A stretch of 63,954 nt of DNA, the filler included, from Trypethelium eluteriae (taxonomy: Eukaryota), in assembly GCA_051942245.1 (NCBI GenBank). It is 3 parts of 3 records of this genome, joined end to end, with 100 filler letters (N's around TTAATTAATTAA, not from the genome) between each part and the next. Parts side by side here need not be neighbours in the genome. Positions count along the whole stretch, not along the records: positions 21,456 to 42,742 come from JAVECL010000475.1; positions 42,843 to 63,954 come from JAVECL010000478.1; 1 more part is not named here. The stretch is one strand, 5' to 3'. Below the pieces are notes generated by a model. The model had not been told where the DNA came from, searched no databases, and worked only from the letters and a program-made list of their open reading frames with translations. A program made the translations under genes and the position numbers. Positions 36,394 through 49,760 of this stretch are shown here, piece by piece. Position 1 is the first letter of the stretch. Every line of letters begins with the position of its first letter.

Positions 36394-37674
36394 ATGGTTA
36401 ACAGTCTCCTTGCCCCCCTTGTTGTGGCCTCCATTTCTGGAGCGCTAGCATATCCATCAGTTGCCCGCTCCAGGAATGGCACCTGCGAAGGATACACTAT
36501 TGCCGTCAGTCCTTCCTCGACCGGCCTGCACTACTCCTATCCTCCTTTCAAAGACAACTTCGATGTGGTTGAGTTTGTCACACGGCTATCCTCGCGGGAC
36601 TCCGCAAGCTTTTATCCCTTTTCAGGTCCTCTATCACTGTCCGGCAACTACACTATCGCGGCCGAAATATGCAGTCCCGCTGTGAAGACAGGCAAGGAGA
36701 AAACTCTGCTTCTCACAAGCCATGGACTAGGATACCACGGGGAGTAGGGATATGTTGCACCACTGCCAGAATACCGAGCTAACATGGGACAGTTACTGGA
36801 ACCCGCCGGTCGAGCCGCCGATTGAGCAGCAGTATAATTTTGTAGGCTATGCACTTGGGCAGGGCTATTCGGTATTTAACTACGATCGACTGGGAACAGG
36901 TCGCTCCTCTCGGTAAGGAAACCCTGTTGCTAAAACATTCTAAAAAGAGATTATTCCATTCTACATGGCTAACGCTTCGATCCATCCAGAGTCGATGGCT
37001 ACAATGAGGGTCAAACCTCACAACAGATAGCGATTCTCACCGAACTTGCACAACTTCTCCGCAATGGCCAATACACAGGCTCTATAGGCGCCCCTTCCAA
37101 GCTCGTGCTTGTTGGTCACTCCTTTGGCTCATTTATCAGCAACGGCGTTGTTGCGGGAAGCACCGCCAATAACTCACTCATTGACGGTCTCCTTCTCACT
37201 GGCTTTAGCTATAATCTCACCTCCCCCGACTACGAAGCCTTTGCCCTGAAAATCGCCTCCACTGAGCGCCGCGAGTGGGCCGATCTCGACAACGGCTACA
37301 TCACGTGGAACGACGTCTACTCCAACGTAGCCGTCTTTTTCCGTGCTCCAGCGTACAGCCACGCGGTTGCGAACTGGACTGAGTGCCAGAAGCAGGCGAT
37401 TGCTCTTTCGGAATTCCTCACGTTCCCAATGCTGGATCTGTACAGCCCGGGATTCACAGGTCCGGTGCAGATCCTCAACGGGGAACTTGATTTCGGAATC
37501 TGTGATGGAAACTGTACGGATTGGGTGGAGCCGTATGCGGCTAAGATGTTCCCGAATGCCAAAGTGGTGGAAGTGTTGGAGCATCCAAGCGTTGGTCATG
37601 CAATCAATTTTCAGTATAACTCTACGGGAGCATACAGTGCTATGATGAGGTTTGTCGACAAACATCTGGCGTAA
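36394..37674 (+). CDS. Secreted alpha/beta-hydrolase
   Basis: Signal-peptide-like N-terminus; introns 36744-36792 and 36913-36989; HGLG...YW, YDRLGTGRS, nucleophile elbow GHSFG, GELD and GHAINF (Ser-Asp-His); TATA-like ATATATAAA about 50 bp upstream. Confidence 0.9.
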
Positions 37675-38421
37675 GTCTGGTAAGTGAAAGCGAACTCATG
37701 ACTTCAGTCATGCGAGCGCCGTATGTGTCGTACTCTTCCATGCTGGAGAGCCGAGAGCCGAGGAGAAGGTTGATATCTGATCGAGGATTTCCTCACCATA
37801 AATTGGGAAAGATTAGAGAAAAAAGAAAATGAAATCTAAACTGAGCGCAGGCTTGATTGAAATTGTGGGTAAGCATTGAGGAAACTGTCAACCAGCGATG
37901 TTATTTTCGTTTTGTACGGTACGGAGAGCACCCACCAAGAATTCGAGTCAACATTTACAAATTGCTATCTTTGACCTTCTCAAAGGGCTTGCAAGCACAT
38001 GATTAATTAGCTAAGTACGTTTACTTTTCGACCGGTTGCTCCATGAGTCATGATCATCATGTAGAATGGTGCTTGTCTTTGTTAATCCTACAGTCCTACT
38101 GCTACCTCAAACTCGCGTGACTGACAACCATGATTTCCATTGTCTGCGCTAAACACATATCTATGGAAATGAGAGTACCCTGGATTTGGACAGTCTGTAC
38201 CATGTGATTCACTGGGATAGTGATGTTGTTGTAGATTAAGCTATGGAGGCGAGGACATCTACAGACGTAGCCAATTCACGAAGCTCACTCTTATTCACGT
38301 GATAGGATTGCTAATAGAAAGGTAAATTGCCTTCTCACACATCACATGCAACATCAGATAGACAAATGATGTAGGGACTGACATATTTCTCGGGCTAGGG
38401 AGGGTGTAATCGTCAACCATA

Positions 38422-39198
38422 ATGAATCCCAACCACACAAGAGCCGATGCTCGAGTGCTGGCTATCGACGAGCTCCTTCTCGAAGTTCTAAAACGACTCG
38501 ATCCCCTCAGTCTACTTCGATGCCAGCGCATCAACAGGCGTTGGAAAGCCATCATTGATACCGAGCTATCTCTCCAACAAACACTTTTCTTCAAGCCACA
38601 GCTCATCTCGTCTACCAAGGATTCGCAAGGAAGAAAGTCTCCTGGGCGACTAAACCCTTTACTGTTCAAAGCATTCCCGGGCTGGTTTAACAGCCCAGGG
38701 CATGTACTCTTTGTTGCCCCTGAAAGCTTCTCATGGATTAAGGACGACGTCCGCAGAGACGCCTACCTTTGCCCGGAGGCAAGCTGGCGACGTATGCTAT
38801 TTTGTCAGCCACCCATTCGAACCGTGAGAATTGACACTATCTCATATGTTCGGCCTACACTAGACTCTTCTGGGCTCAGTCGATTCGATCCTGAATTAAG
38901 TGACGAGGATGGGATCCAGATGGGCCCTCTATATGACTCGACTTGGATGCAAGCCGTTCACCACGCACGAAGGACTTCACGCGATCATCATCCTGCACCC
39001 AGGCCAGGCTTTTCAATCTGGTGGTGCGGAGAAGAAATAGGAATTCAACGCGTTTGTGAATTCTACGAATTGAGGTGGGATCATGGCCATGATGCTGAAG
39101 ACTTTGACAATACCTGCCACTCACTTCCGAAAAGATCGAGAATCGCAGAAAAGGATCCGTTCTTGGGCGTACTTTTACTGTTGTACGAAAGACGATGA
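38422..39198 (+). CDS. F-box domain protein
   Basis: N-terminal VLAIDELLLEVLKRLDPLSLLRCQRINRRWKAII...LQQTLFF, then LNPLL and ASWRRML..QPP motifs typical of fungal F-box proteins. Confidence 0.85.
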   Translation: MNPNHTRADARVLAIDELLLEVLKRLDPLSLLRCQRINRRWKAIIDTELSLQQTLFFKPQLISSTKDSQGRKSPGRLNPLLFKAFPGWFNSPGHVLFVAPESFSWIKDDVRRDAYLCPEASWRRMLFCQPPIRTVRIDTISYVRPTLDSSGLSRFDPELSDEDGIQMGPLYDSTWMQAVHHARRTSRDHHPAPRPGFSIWWCGEEIGIQRVCEFYELRWDHGHDAEDFDNTCHSLPKRSRIAEKDPFLGVLLLLYERR

Positions 39199-39518
39199 AG
39201 CAACATGCCTCCAGGAGTATAGCCAATTGCTTTGGAAAGCCATTGATGCTCAAATCGTCGTTCAAGAACCCATCCTTCAATATCAGCTTTCTCGATCCCA
39301 AGACTCTCGACATGCTATATTGGACAATTCCAAGGCTATTACATGCCAGGTATACAGAACGTTGCTTTAGAAGTACAAAGACTTTTGGAAGAATAGGCTT
39401 ATAGATACAGAATGCCGTTTAGGAGACCTTCCCTAATTAGAGTACCAATCATGAAACGTCATTATCTCCACCTTTCCATTACTTTTATCACCCATACCTT
39501 CATGCTCGTCGCTCGTGA

Positions 39519-41230
39519 TTACGAATAGCGGCGGTCTTCATCCGAGCTGCTGCTCAATTTCTCGCCCTTATCCAGGTATTGCCTATGCCAATCACTCTGC
39601 TCATAATCAAACTTCGCCTCTCCGTCTTTCCCATACCAAAGCGGTTCGTCCCTGGCAATCTTGACCACTGTCAGCCAAGGTTTAGGACTCAGAGACGCGG
39701 CATGGAAGATGACGTCCACTTCCTCCAAACATCGGTACGCCGTCTCCGGATAGAAGAAGTAGATCACCGGAACAATCGCAAAGTTCGTGACTGCAAAGAT
39801 GATGTAGGTCTTGTAGCCAATGTTATGGAAGGCGATCGGCGAGATGAGCACCATGATAAAATTCACGATCCAGTTCGCACTGGTGCTTAGCGCATTGGCG
39901 GGTCCTCGGATGCGCAGAGGCGTGATCTCGACCGAGTACAGCCACGACATAGCCTGCCAGCCCGTGGCAAAGAAGCACACATACACGAAGATGAAGACGG
40001 CTTGGGCGACGTGCGCGCCGCTGTTATTAACGTACGCCAGCACTGTCAGGATGACCATCGACACAGACATGCCGGAGGCGCCGAACATCATGAGTGTGCG
40101 TCTCCCCCAGAACCGATCAATGCCCACGACCGCGACGAGACTGGCCAAGAGGAATAGTGTTGACGCGCAGGCGGCGCACAGACGCGCAACCCAGCCGGTA
40201 AAGTCAGTGCGGAGCACGAACATCATGGCGAAGTACTGGGTGACAATGTTGACACCGGACATCTGCTGGAAGACCTGGATGAGGTAGGCGAGGAGAGTGC
40301 GGTGGAAGTAGCGGTTCTCGTCGTTCGAGAACAGCATAGTGAAGCTACCGCTTGCCATCTGAATGACTGCGTCCTTGATCGCGAGAAACTCGTCGTGGAC
40401 ATCTGGATCTGAGGTGGGGACATCGCTGAGTGCCGAGAGCGTCTTCAATGCCGCGTCTTCACGTCCCGTGAGGACGAGCCAACGAGGGGACTCGGGGAGC
40501 CGGGTGTAGAGGAAGACTGTGCCGAGAGCGAAGATGAGTTGGATGGCGATAGGGACGCGCCAGGCGGCGCTGTTGGTATCGGCGATCCAGCCGAAGGCGA
40601 AGGTCATCCAGTAGGAGAAGGCGAGGCCGGCAGCGAGCCAGGCGCCTGCGCTGATCATGAGCATGGTGCCCCGGCGGTGGGCTTTGGAGCACTCGGCCTG
40701 CCAGGCAGGAACGGTTGCGGTGTTGAAGCCATTGCCGAAGCCAGCGATGACACGTCCGGCGATGAGTTGGCCAAGGCTGTAGGAGGAGGCTTGAATGATT
40801 TCACCTACGACCAAGATGCTGATTCCGAGTATGATTGTTTTCTTCCGGCCAAGGATGTCGCCGATGAAGATGGTGAGGATTGCCGAGACAAAGCAGCCGA
40901 TGTTCCAAGATGCAACCGTGATACCTAGACTTGGTAAATACATAATAGGATAGGCACTATTTTAACGTATGACGAACCTTGGACTTGAGCAGTATGCAAA
41001 TCGGTAAAGCCGATTGTGTCGATTTGAGGGAATGCTCGGCGGAAAGCACCCACGGTAATCAAACCTCCCATATCACCTTGGTCATATCCAAAGAGGCTGT
41101 AGCTTTTGTTAAATCTTTATCGAAGCAAAATTGACAGGATAGCTTACAAGAATGAAAACCCTGCAGCTATGCTGATGGCAACACCCAAACTCGAGCCCTT
41201 CAGACCCATGAATGAGTGTGGTTCTGTCAT
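39519..41230 (-). CDS. MFS sugar porter (Stl1-like sugar/polyol:H+ symporter)
   Basis: Introns 41097-41147 and 40925-40977; LFGYDQG, GDILGRKK, PESPRWL, FQQMSGVN, DRFWGRR and YPET motifs, with multiple hydrophobic segments. Confidence 0.95.
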
Positions 41231-42647
41231 TGTGACTCGACCTCAAAGTCTTGACACTTCACACGGCTTGGCCTTGTCGGCGGTCCCTTCGTCTGAAAAA
41301 ATTGACAGGGCGAGAAGAGAAGAGAAGAGAGGCGCGTGAGTAGGGAAAGGGACGCAATGAGAAAAGACTTGGGTGGTTGACAGTAGTAGCTGTCACAACA
41401 CGGCTCCCCAACCTACTGCTTCTTCATGACGTGACTGGCTAGATGAGCTAACAAATTTGAGGTTTGCTTATCACGCCCCGAATACATATTAGGCATAAAG
41501 GGCTCTCGGGGACTGCAGCACTGGCACCTAGTTCTCGGGCTAAGGGTAAGCGTCCGCGCATTTAGCCTCAGGCACAGAATCTCAAATCTCAAATCTCAAA
41601 CATTATAAAGGCTGATAAGCTCGGGTTGATTGGCTCGATCCTATCCGACGGGCGAGGTAGCTAGGGTTTTGCATTGGTGGCGCCTGTTGTTTTATGCTCT
41701 CCCGAACAGAAGGCAAGCTGTAGGGAGAATGGGACGACTGGGACGACTGGGAAGGATTTGAAGTGCAATGAGATCGAGAGATCCGGTCAGGAACGACAGG
41801 GTTGTCATTGGCTCGCTTTACCCTGCCGTCTCGATGTAGATCTCCACACGATCTCGAGTCCCAAAGCTTAAAGCCATTGCCGGGCAGCGATCGACCAATC
41901 AAGAAGCTTCAATTCGAGACTTTGGCCATGACGTTCTCTTCCAAAGTCGTTGCGTCGTGTTTACCACATGGCTCGCCTCCAAATTCCCTCTTCAACCTTC
42001 AGCTGTCGTCCCCACCGGTGCTATCTGTCAAGCCACGACATGCCTCTGGATTAGCAATCCACCACCGGGCTCTCTGTATCAAAGATCACCAGATGATAGT
42101 TTTCCGGGTACCGCAATGTAGGCTGTTCAGCTCCTGACATGATCGTTTCCGCCCTATTCGGAGGATGCAGCCGCTTTCGAACACAGTGGACATGGTTCTA
42201 GTGCGAAGCAGATCCACCGTCTTTGTGATGAAGCTGCCCTGCACCTTAGTTTTCGATTTCTGCTTGTTATTCTTCGGATGTCTCATTTACTGTAATATGG
42301 ACCGTATCCCGGCGCCCCGTCTCCCCCTTTACAAGCATTCTTAGACTGTGACCCAAGCGCCCGTGCCTAGCACAGACTGAACACTGACTTCTACCCCAAG
42401 CCTTAAGGAGCACAACAGCGAGCAGTCGTCAATGCAATCGTTCTAGCGACCTGCATTCTGTATCTCTTGGTGCTAGCAGCACCTCTCTGTTTTCTTTGTC
42501 TCTGCACCCCATATGAAATGGGAGCGGCTTTTCAGTCAACAAAACCGGTGTGGCCTTGCCTAAAGAAAACGTATGATTTAGAACTGAAGACGGATCTATC
42601 CGATACCCGCTGGTCACCTTTGAACAAGAAGTGATTAGGCCGAAGGT

Positions 42648-43339
42648 CTAAATCGAAGGCGTTACCCAATTTCTGTACTCTTCACCCTTTCCGCGAGCCT
42701 CTTCACCTCCAAATCCGCCCCTACCGCTGCCTCCTCCACCCCNNNNNNNNNNNNNNNNNNNNNNNNNNNNNNNNNNNNNNNNNNNNTTAATTAATTAANN
42801 NNNNNNNNNNNNNNNNNNNNNNNNNNNNNNNNNNNNNNNNNNCTTCTCGGCAGCCGAAGACCCATCCCCCTTGCCGCCCCCGCCAACGCTCCGCCCGTGA
42901 TCAGTGGCAGTACAACCAGCAGCACCCGAATCGGGTGCCGACGCATGAAACGCCAGAGTTCGCGCAGCAGGTGGCGGAGGCGGTAGATGAGGTAGTTGAT
43001 GTAGCCATCGCGGGGCCGAGCGCGCGAGGAATGGGAGTAGGAGGAAGAACCGAAGAGGCCACGGGAGGAGGAGTAGGGAGAGTGGGAGCGGTGGGTGGAG
43101 GAAGCGCCGAAGAACGAGCGCGTGGGGGAATGGTGGCCTTTGTGGTGATGGTGAGAGGAGGAGGTGCCGAAGATGCCAGAGCCGGTCGTGGAGTGGTGGG
43201 AATGGTGGGAGTGGTGGGAGGAGGGAGCGCGGACGAAGACGGGGCGGGAGTGCGAGGTGGAGTGGTGGTGGCCGTGGGAAGAGTGGCCGCTGTGGTGAGA
43301 GTGGGAGTCTGGAGTGAAGAGACCCATTGCTGGTGCCAA
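42648..43339 (-). CDS. His/Ser-rich hypothetical protein with a hydrophobic segment and Gly-rich tail, interrupted by the gap
   Basis: His-rich N-terminus, then ARPRDGYINYLIYRLRHLLRELWRFMRRHPIRVLLVVLPLITGGAL. A Gly-rich frame resumes beyond the gap with a possible stop at 42648 (uncertain). Confidence 0.7.
42743..42842. other. Assembly gap (100 bp) with an artificial TTAATTAATTAA linker
   Basis: N run with TTAATTAATTAA at 42787-42798. Confidence 0.98.
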
Positions 43340-44223
43340 TTGGAGAGCTGTTCTCCTAGGCTAGGATTGGAGAGCTTCGGGGAGTTGGCGTCTTGACGGT
43401 TGATCTCGAATAGCGTGTCCAATTGGATGCCCTATTTCAATGTCCAATAAGATATGGGTCGTTGTGCAGAGGTTCGCACTGAGGGGAAGAGCTGAGGCGG
43501 GACTAGATGTAGCTGCCCTGACTTTGCTAAACTATTCGATGCCAACGTCACAAGTATGAAGCAGAGGGAAGTGCCGATAAAAAACAGAAGAGGAGGAGAG
43601 CAGCAAATGAAGGATTCTAGGGACAGGATTGTGGTTCTCTCTTCTGCCCAGCCTTTCACCGCTCGTCTGCCATTCGAGAGGCTGGATTCTCCGGCGAAAA
43701 CGCTAATGCAGCTCTATGCAGGTGCTTCCACCGAAGGATCAAAATGAGACTAACGGCACTGCGGAGGTTGAAGTTGGCAATTGACTTGCAGAAAATACTC
43801 CGAAATTGCACTACTCTGAGGCTTAATGCAACACTGTATTTGATCACACGTTCTTTGAGTGAGGCTCTGTATCAGGTACCTTACCTTATGTAGCTCTCCG
43901 CATGATTCTATTAGGGTGTTCCCAGGGCCGGGTCAAACGGCGGGAGATCGACACTCTGAGCAAATTGCTACAAATCACACCAGTCACGTGAATATCAGCC
44001 ACAGAGGCGCAGGAATACTCCTAAGGGTGGTGAGTAGCTGGACGTCATCGGCATGGATTTCCAGGTATTCATCTGTAGCCAGCCTCAGACCTATTTCCCT
44101 CTGCCCCTCCAAATTAAGCTGCTCAGTGATCTCCATACATCCACGCATTTTCCATATTCCCTTGCACCTGTAATCTCTTTGCTCTTGCTCATCATCTGAT
44201 CCCTACACAGAAACACCACCACA

Positions 44224-44967
44224 ATGTCAAGTAAGCTCACCAAGCTTCTCCACCTCCTCACATTCACTTGATTAACGACCCCTCTAGCACCTGACTACTA
44301 CAACATCCTCTCAATCTCCTCCACCGCAACCCCTCAACAGATCCGTGACGCCTATAAGAAAGCTGCTCTTAAGTATCACCCAGACCGGGTCCCCGCCGAC
44401 TCCCCCGAACGTGCAATCCGGACCAAGCAATTCCAACAGATCAACGACGCCTACTACACGCTATCGGACCCAACCCGGAGACGCGACTACGATGCCGCAC
44501 GGCGCTTCGCCGCGCCCGACCCAGACGCCGGCGCTCCGGATCCAGCAGAGGGCGATGTCGACGAGGAGGTGCCGCGACCTGGAGGCTCGGTTCCGGGAGG
44601 ATGGTCGAGCTTCTCTGGAGGCGGAGGGGCAGGAGGAGAGAGTGCACACCATACGAATGCGAATGACCAGTTCGGAAACGTGTTTGAGGAGATGCTACGG
44701 GAGGAAGGGATGGCTGAAGGCCAACAGGCGGCGCCGACGCAAAAGTTTTGGAGTCTTGTTGGAGGCTTGAGTGGTGGGGCAATGGGATTTATCGTTGCAA
44801 ATTTCCCGGGGGCGATTGCGGGCGCGGTGGCTGGGAATCGACTGGGTGCTGTGAGGGATAGTAGGGGAAAGAGCGTATATAGTGTGTTTCAGGAGTTGCC
44901 ACAGAGCGATAAGGCGAAGTTGTTGAGTGAGCTTGCAGCGAAGGTATTTGCCCATGCAATTAGCTGA
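44224..44967 (+). CDS. DnaJ (J-domain) protein with a C-terminal Gly-rich hydrophobic segment
   Basis: 7-nt first exon and intron 44231-44287; DYYNILSIS...IRDAYKKAALKYHPDR...FQQINDAYYTLSDPTRRRDYD with an intact HPD. Confidence 0.93.
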
Positions 44968-45122
44968 AGAGATTGGAAATGGCTTGGCTTGGGAGTGGAG
45001 AAGGTGGGTATGTGTATTGAATGTCGGGGCGCTAGGTCTTCTCGAGTTATGTAATGATACCACTGGAAGGATCTTGAGCGTGTTAGGTAGTTGTCTATTC
45101 GTACCCGATTGGCAAGGTCCTA

Positions 45123-46167
45123 TTATCTTTCTATAGGTTGGGTATCGCGATCCAAGAGCTCTCTTGCTGCTATCAACTCTGCCTCATCATAGTCATTCCA
45201 CCCCCTTTCGCCGACGGAACCGCGTCGAACCATCTCGCCTAGCTTTCCTGTCGCGAGCTCGTGCAGTCTTTGTATCGATCGAAGTGTTGGGGGAGCCAAG
45301 TCACCAGTGGCGGGGTCTGAAACTGCTTGTGATTGTTTGGAGCTTTTCGGATAGACATCAAGAAGTTTTTTCGTACTAAGTTTGAGGCCGTAATACCCCC
45401 GCAAATAATTCTCGCAGAGCTCTATACTCCTGCAGAATCTTCTCATCGACTCCGAAAGAGTCTTAAGCAAATCGCCATTGCCCCCTGCAAGGTTTGAACA
45501 TGAACGAAATAAAATTTCGCCTAATCTTGCATGGACCTAATTTTGCGGTTAGCGTGCACAGTTGTAATGGCAAAATAGAACATACACTCCATGCGTTTGG
45601 CATGATGAGAAGGACTTCCTCTAAACAATATATTGCTTGATAGTATTGGCCTTGTGACGTATAAAGCTCCGCCATCTCTGACCACGCTTCAGCATCTGTT
45701 GGAGAAGAATCTAACAGCGCAACCAGTGTTTGAATAGCCTCTGCTGGTCTCCCGAGCGACTTCAAGAGTGCTGCCGTCCTCTTTCGTATGGGCATGTTTG
45801 TAGGGTTTTCTTCTAAAGTTTCGACATAGCCCTCCAACACCTCTTCAAGCGCTTTTGAATTCTCAGCGGTAGCTTCATGATACAGTCCTCTCAAAGCCAT
45901 GATCCGTTCATTTTGTCCACCAAAACGTTCCGTAAGCTTCTCTAGGCAGTGCAGTGCAGACTTGTCGTCTCCTGTTCGAAGGCAAGCCAAGAATAGATTT
46001 TCTTGAGTAGTCCATAGTTCCTGGCTTTCGGTCGATACGAATAGAGAGAGCGGATATGGTAACCTGAAGCCTGAAGTGTTTCTGAGGATAGTAGGAGCTT
46101 GTTGCGATATCCGTAAGGCCGTAGACAGGGGAACATGGGTGGGTGGTTGAAGGAGATCGATCGACAT
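45123..46167 (-). CDS. EMC2: ER membrane complex subunit 2 (TPR protein, Oca3-like)
   Basis: Intron 45537-45585; ELWTTQENLFLACL, PTDAEAWSEMAELY, AIYCLEEVLLIMPNAW|VHARLGE and FCRSIELCENYLRGYYGL match EMC2 motifs. Confidence 0.88.
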
Positions 46168-46541
46168 GGCTGCCAAGAGGAAAGGATCGCGAGACGGTGC
46201 GATATAGGTGGGACGGAATTCAATGAAATGGGTACTCCTATCGGCGCAGTTGCATGGTTGAAGAACGACAGCTGAGCGGGTTGTTGATGCGGGAGCACGG
46301 AGGTTTGAACGGAGGTTTGATTTGGCCCAGGATCAAAGAGTCCTTAACTAAACTCCACCCCACCACCTGTGGGCATCATACGCTCCGTACCTACTTAATG
46401 CTACTCTTCTTCCTGATGGAGCACTGGGCGATCTATATTGGCGTTTTCTACCGGCTTTACAGGCTGTAACATGCATATAATTTTCTTCTTCATTCTTGCA
46501 CTCCTTGACTATTCGCATAATACCTCACAATTACGGCAAAA

Positions 46542-49500
46542 ATGTAAGCTATCCTGTTAATGAACCGTTATTTTTCCTCGTTTCTTACTCACTATTCAGG
46601 TTCGAAAAGTCCTTATACGACCTCATTAGAGGTTTGAGGAATCACAAGGGCACCGAGCGGGAATACGTCCAGGATAGCATTCGAGAATGTCGGAAAGAAA
46701 TCAAGAGCCAGGATATGGGTATGGTCATTCTCTCTGAATATTACAAACACCGACTAAGGTCCGACAGACATGAAGGCCACTGCCCTACTCAAACTCACGT
46801 ACTTGGAGATGTTTGGTCACGATATGTCATGGGCTTCATTCAACGTCCTCGAGGTCATGTCGTCACAAAAATACCAACAGAAAAGAGTCGGCTATCTTGG
46901 AGCTGTACAAAGTTTTCGTCCAGATACGGAAGTTTTAATGCTGGCTGAAAACCTCCTGAAGAAAGACCTTTCATCTCCGGTACCCATCACGATCGCCCTA
47001 CCCTTGGCCGCTATTCCACATGTGATCAGTCCTCCAATGGCGAACTCACTACTCTCAGACCTGCTCCCGAGACTGACGCATTCTCATCCCGCAATCAAGA
47101 AAAAGACCATTGTGACACTATACCGGCTTGCCTTGGTATATCCAGAGACCCTCCGCCCAGCGTGGCCAAAGATCAAGGAGAGACTGAGCGATGAGAGTGA
47201 AGACCCAAGCGTCACAGCGTCAATAATCAATGTGGTCTGTGAGTTGGGTTGGAGAAGACCACAGGACTTTCTTCCTTTGGCTCCGAGGCTCTTCGACCTA
47301 TTGGTTCAAGGAGGTAATAACTGGATGGCCATTAAGATTATCAAGTTATTCGCTGTCTTGACCCCTTTGGAGCCCCGTTTAGTCAAGAAGCTGGTCCCCC
47401 CTTTGACATCACTCATCAAAACTACTCCGGCAATGTCACTCCTGTATGAGTGCATCAATGGCATCATTCAAGGAGGTATATTGGAAGAATCCGAAGGCAG
47501 CGTAGAAGGCAACGAAATTGCCAAACTCTGCGTTGGAAAGTTGCGAAGTATGCTCACTGTCGAAGGAGATCCAAATTTAAAATACGTTGCTCTGCTGGCA
47601 TTTGCAAAGATTGTAGTCTCACATCCCTTTCTGGTATCTCAACATCAAGATGTAATCCTTGAATGCATCGACGATGCGGACATCTCTATACGAACGAGAG
47701 CCCTTGATCTTGTCGTCGATATGGTCAACGCAGATAATCTCATGACCATTGTGGAACGTCTAATGCGGCAATTGAAGAACTCTCCATTGGCGTCCAAATC
47801 TGACGATCCAACCAATGATCGCGGTGTCCATGAGGGTATTGTACCAACTGCGGATTCGGACGACGAGGATATGGAGGAATCTCTACAAAAGCCAGAAAGG
47901 GGGTCAGATCAGCCGCCTCCTCTACCTGACGACTACCGGAAAAGCGTCATCACTCGGATATTGGATATGTGCTCTCGTGACATATATTCAAATGTCTCGG
48001 ATTTTGAGTGGTTTATCGAAATCCTAGTTCAACTTGTCAAGCAAGTTCCAACTACCGCAAAAGCTGAGACTGAAAAACCGGGCGACTTTGGTGGTTTCCA
48101 AGACAACGCCGACATCTCCTATCGAATTGGCTACGAACTTCAGAATGTGGCAGTGAGGGTAAAGTCAATGCGATACGAGGCCACGAGAGCGGCTCAAGCG
48201 CTCATACTAGTAGATCAACGCGACTCTCTCTTTCCGGCATCCGGAAACAGTGGTTACGGAGTCCTTGCATCAGCAGCCTGGATTGTTGGAGAATACTCAG
48301 ACATGCTCCCAAACCCCGACGATGTTATGAGCTCGTTACTACACACCTCTACTTCACAGTTACCAGCTCCCCTATTAGCTGTATACCTGCAAGCAATGCC
48401 CAAGGTACTTGCTCGCCTGACCAGTAACCAACAATACTCGTGGACAGCGGATCGCAAGATGACGACTACACTCCTTCTTGCACGAGTGATCCATTTTCTT
48501 GAGCCATTAGCAACGCACCCAAGTCTCGAGGTTCAGGAAAGGGCAGTTGAATTTTTAGAACTCTTACGATTAGCTTCCGAAGCTGCCTCTGGGCAAGCAC
48601 CACAGAATGAGGAAGAGACTTTTGCAGATGCTCCTCTTTTACTTACGCAAGCTATTCCATCATTGTTCACAGGCTTAGAGCTCAACCCGGTCGCTCCTGG
48701 AGCCCAGCGAAAAGTTCCTCTACCCGAGGATTTGGATCTTGATGCACCAATCAACGAGCAACTCCAGATGCTTCTGCAACAGGCAGATTATGACAGTCTT
48801 CTCGAAGATGACGAAGACGAATCATACGATCATTACTACAAAGGCCCGAGGTCCACAGCTCCGCCGTCCGTGTCGGCAGCAGATCGGCTCGACAGCCAAG
48901 CTATCCAAAACGCCTCGTACCAACAATCGGCGCACGAAGAAGAGTATCTCGATCCGGAAGTTGCTGCTCGAAGACGAACCGAGAGAAGAGAACGGTACAA
49001 AGATGATCCGTTCTATATCGATTCCGATCGGGCCTCCGGCAGATCAACTCCGATCCACAACGTCATTCGATCTAATAACGGCGAAGAGCTCGACGTTGAT
49101 ACCATTCCAATTATGGATCTTAATATTGGTAATGGTGAGGGTTCAGAGATGCCCACTAGCCATTCCGCACCTGCATCCAAAACGCAAAATAGACGACCCC
49201 GAACTCCAATCATAATCCAAAGCGACGAAACCCTCGGGGATGACGAACACTCAAACGCTTTTGCTACATCTTCAAGACCACAACTGCAAAGTCGGCCGAA
49301 GAAGTCACTCCTCCAAGTCGATTCCAGCGGCCTTGGTTCCTTTTCTCTCGACGAATCCAGAGTTCCCAGCAACCGACTGGACGTTGAAAAGCGCTCTGCG
49401 GAGGAGGCCGAGATGCAACGCGCAATGAAGGAAATAGAAAGACTCCGACTCGAGATGCAAAGGGCGAATGAGAGGATCCAGGCACGCGCAGGTGAAGACG

Positions 49501-49760
49501 AGGAAGGTGATCTGGTAAAGAGGAAGAAGAAGAAAAAGAAGAAAGTCGTTGCTGCGGGAGATGCCGGCGACACGGCAGAAGCAGTGGGAGAAACTGGTGA
49601 AGAAGCGCAAGGAGCGGTAGTGAAGAAGAAAAAGAAGAAAAAGGTCAAGGTGGAGGAGGTTGGAAGGGGGGAAGGATCAGCAGAGGACGAAGCACCCATA
49701 AGAACGAAGAAGAAGAAGCGGAGACAGATTAATTTGAAGGGTGATGATGTGATGCAATGA
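46542..49760 (+). CDS. APL5: AP-3 adaptor complex delta subunit
   Basis: Introns 46544-46599 and 46719-46767; MFEKSLYDLIRGLR..., WASFNVLEVMSS, NNWMAIKIIKLF, LEVQERA and a Lys-rich tail. Confidence 0.96.

Noticed and set aside
41578..41600. (AATCTCA)3 short tandem repeat upstream of the sugar transporter
   Set aside because: Too short to distinguish from ordinary slippage
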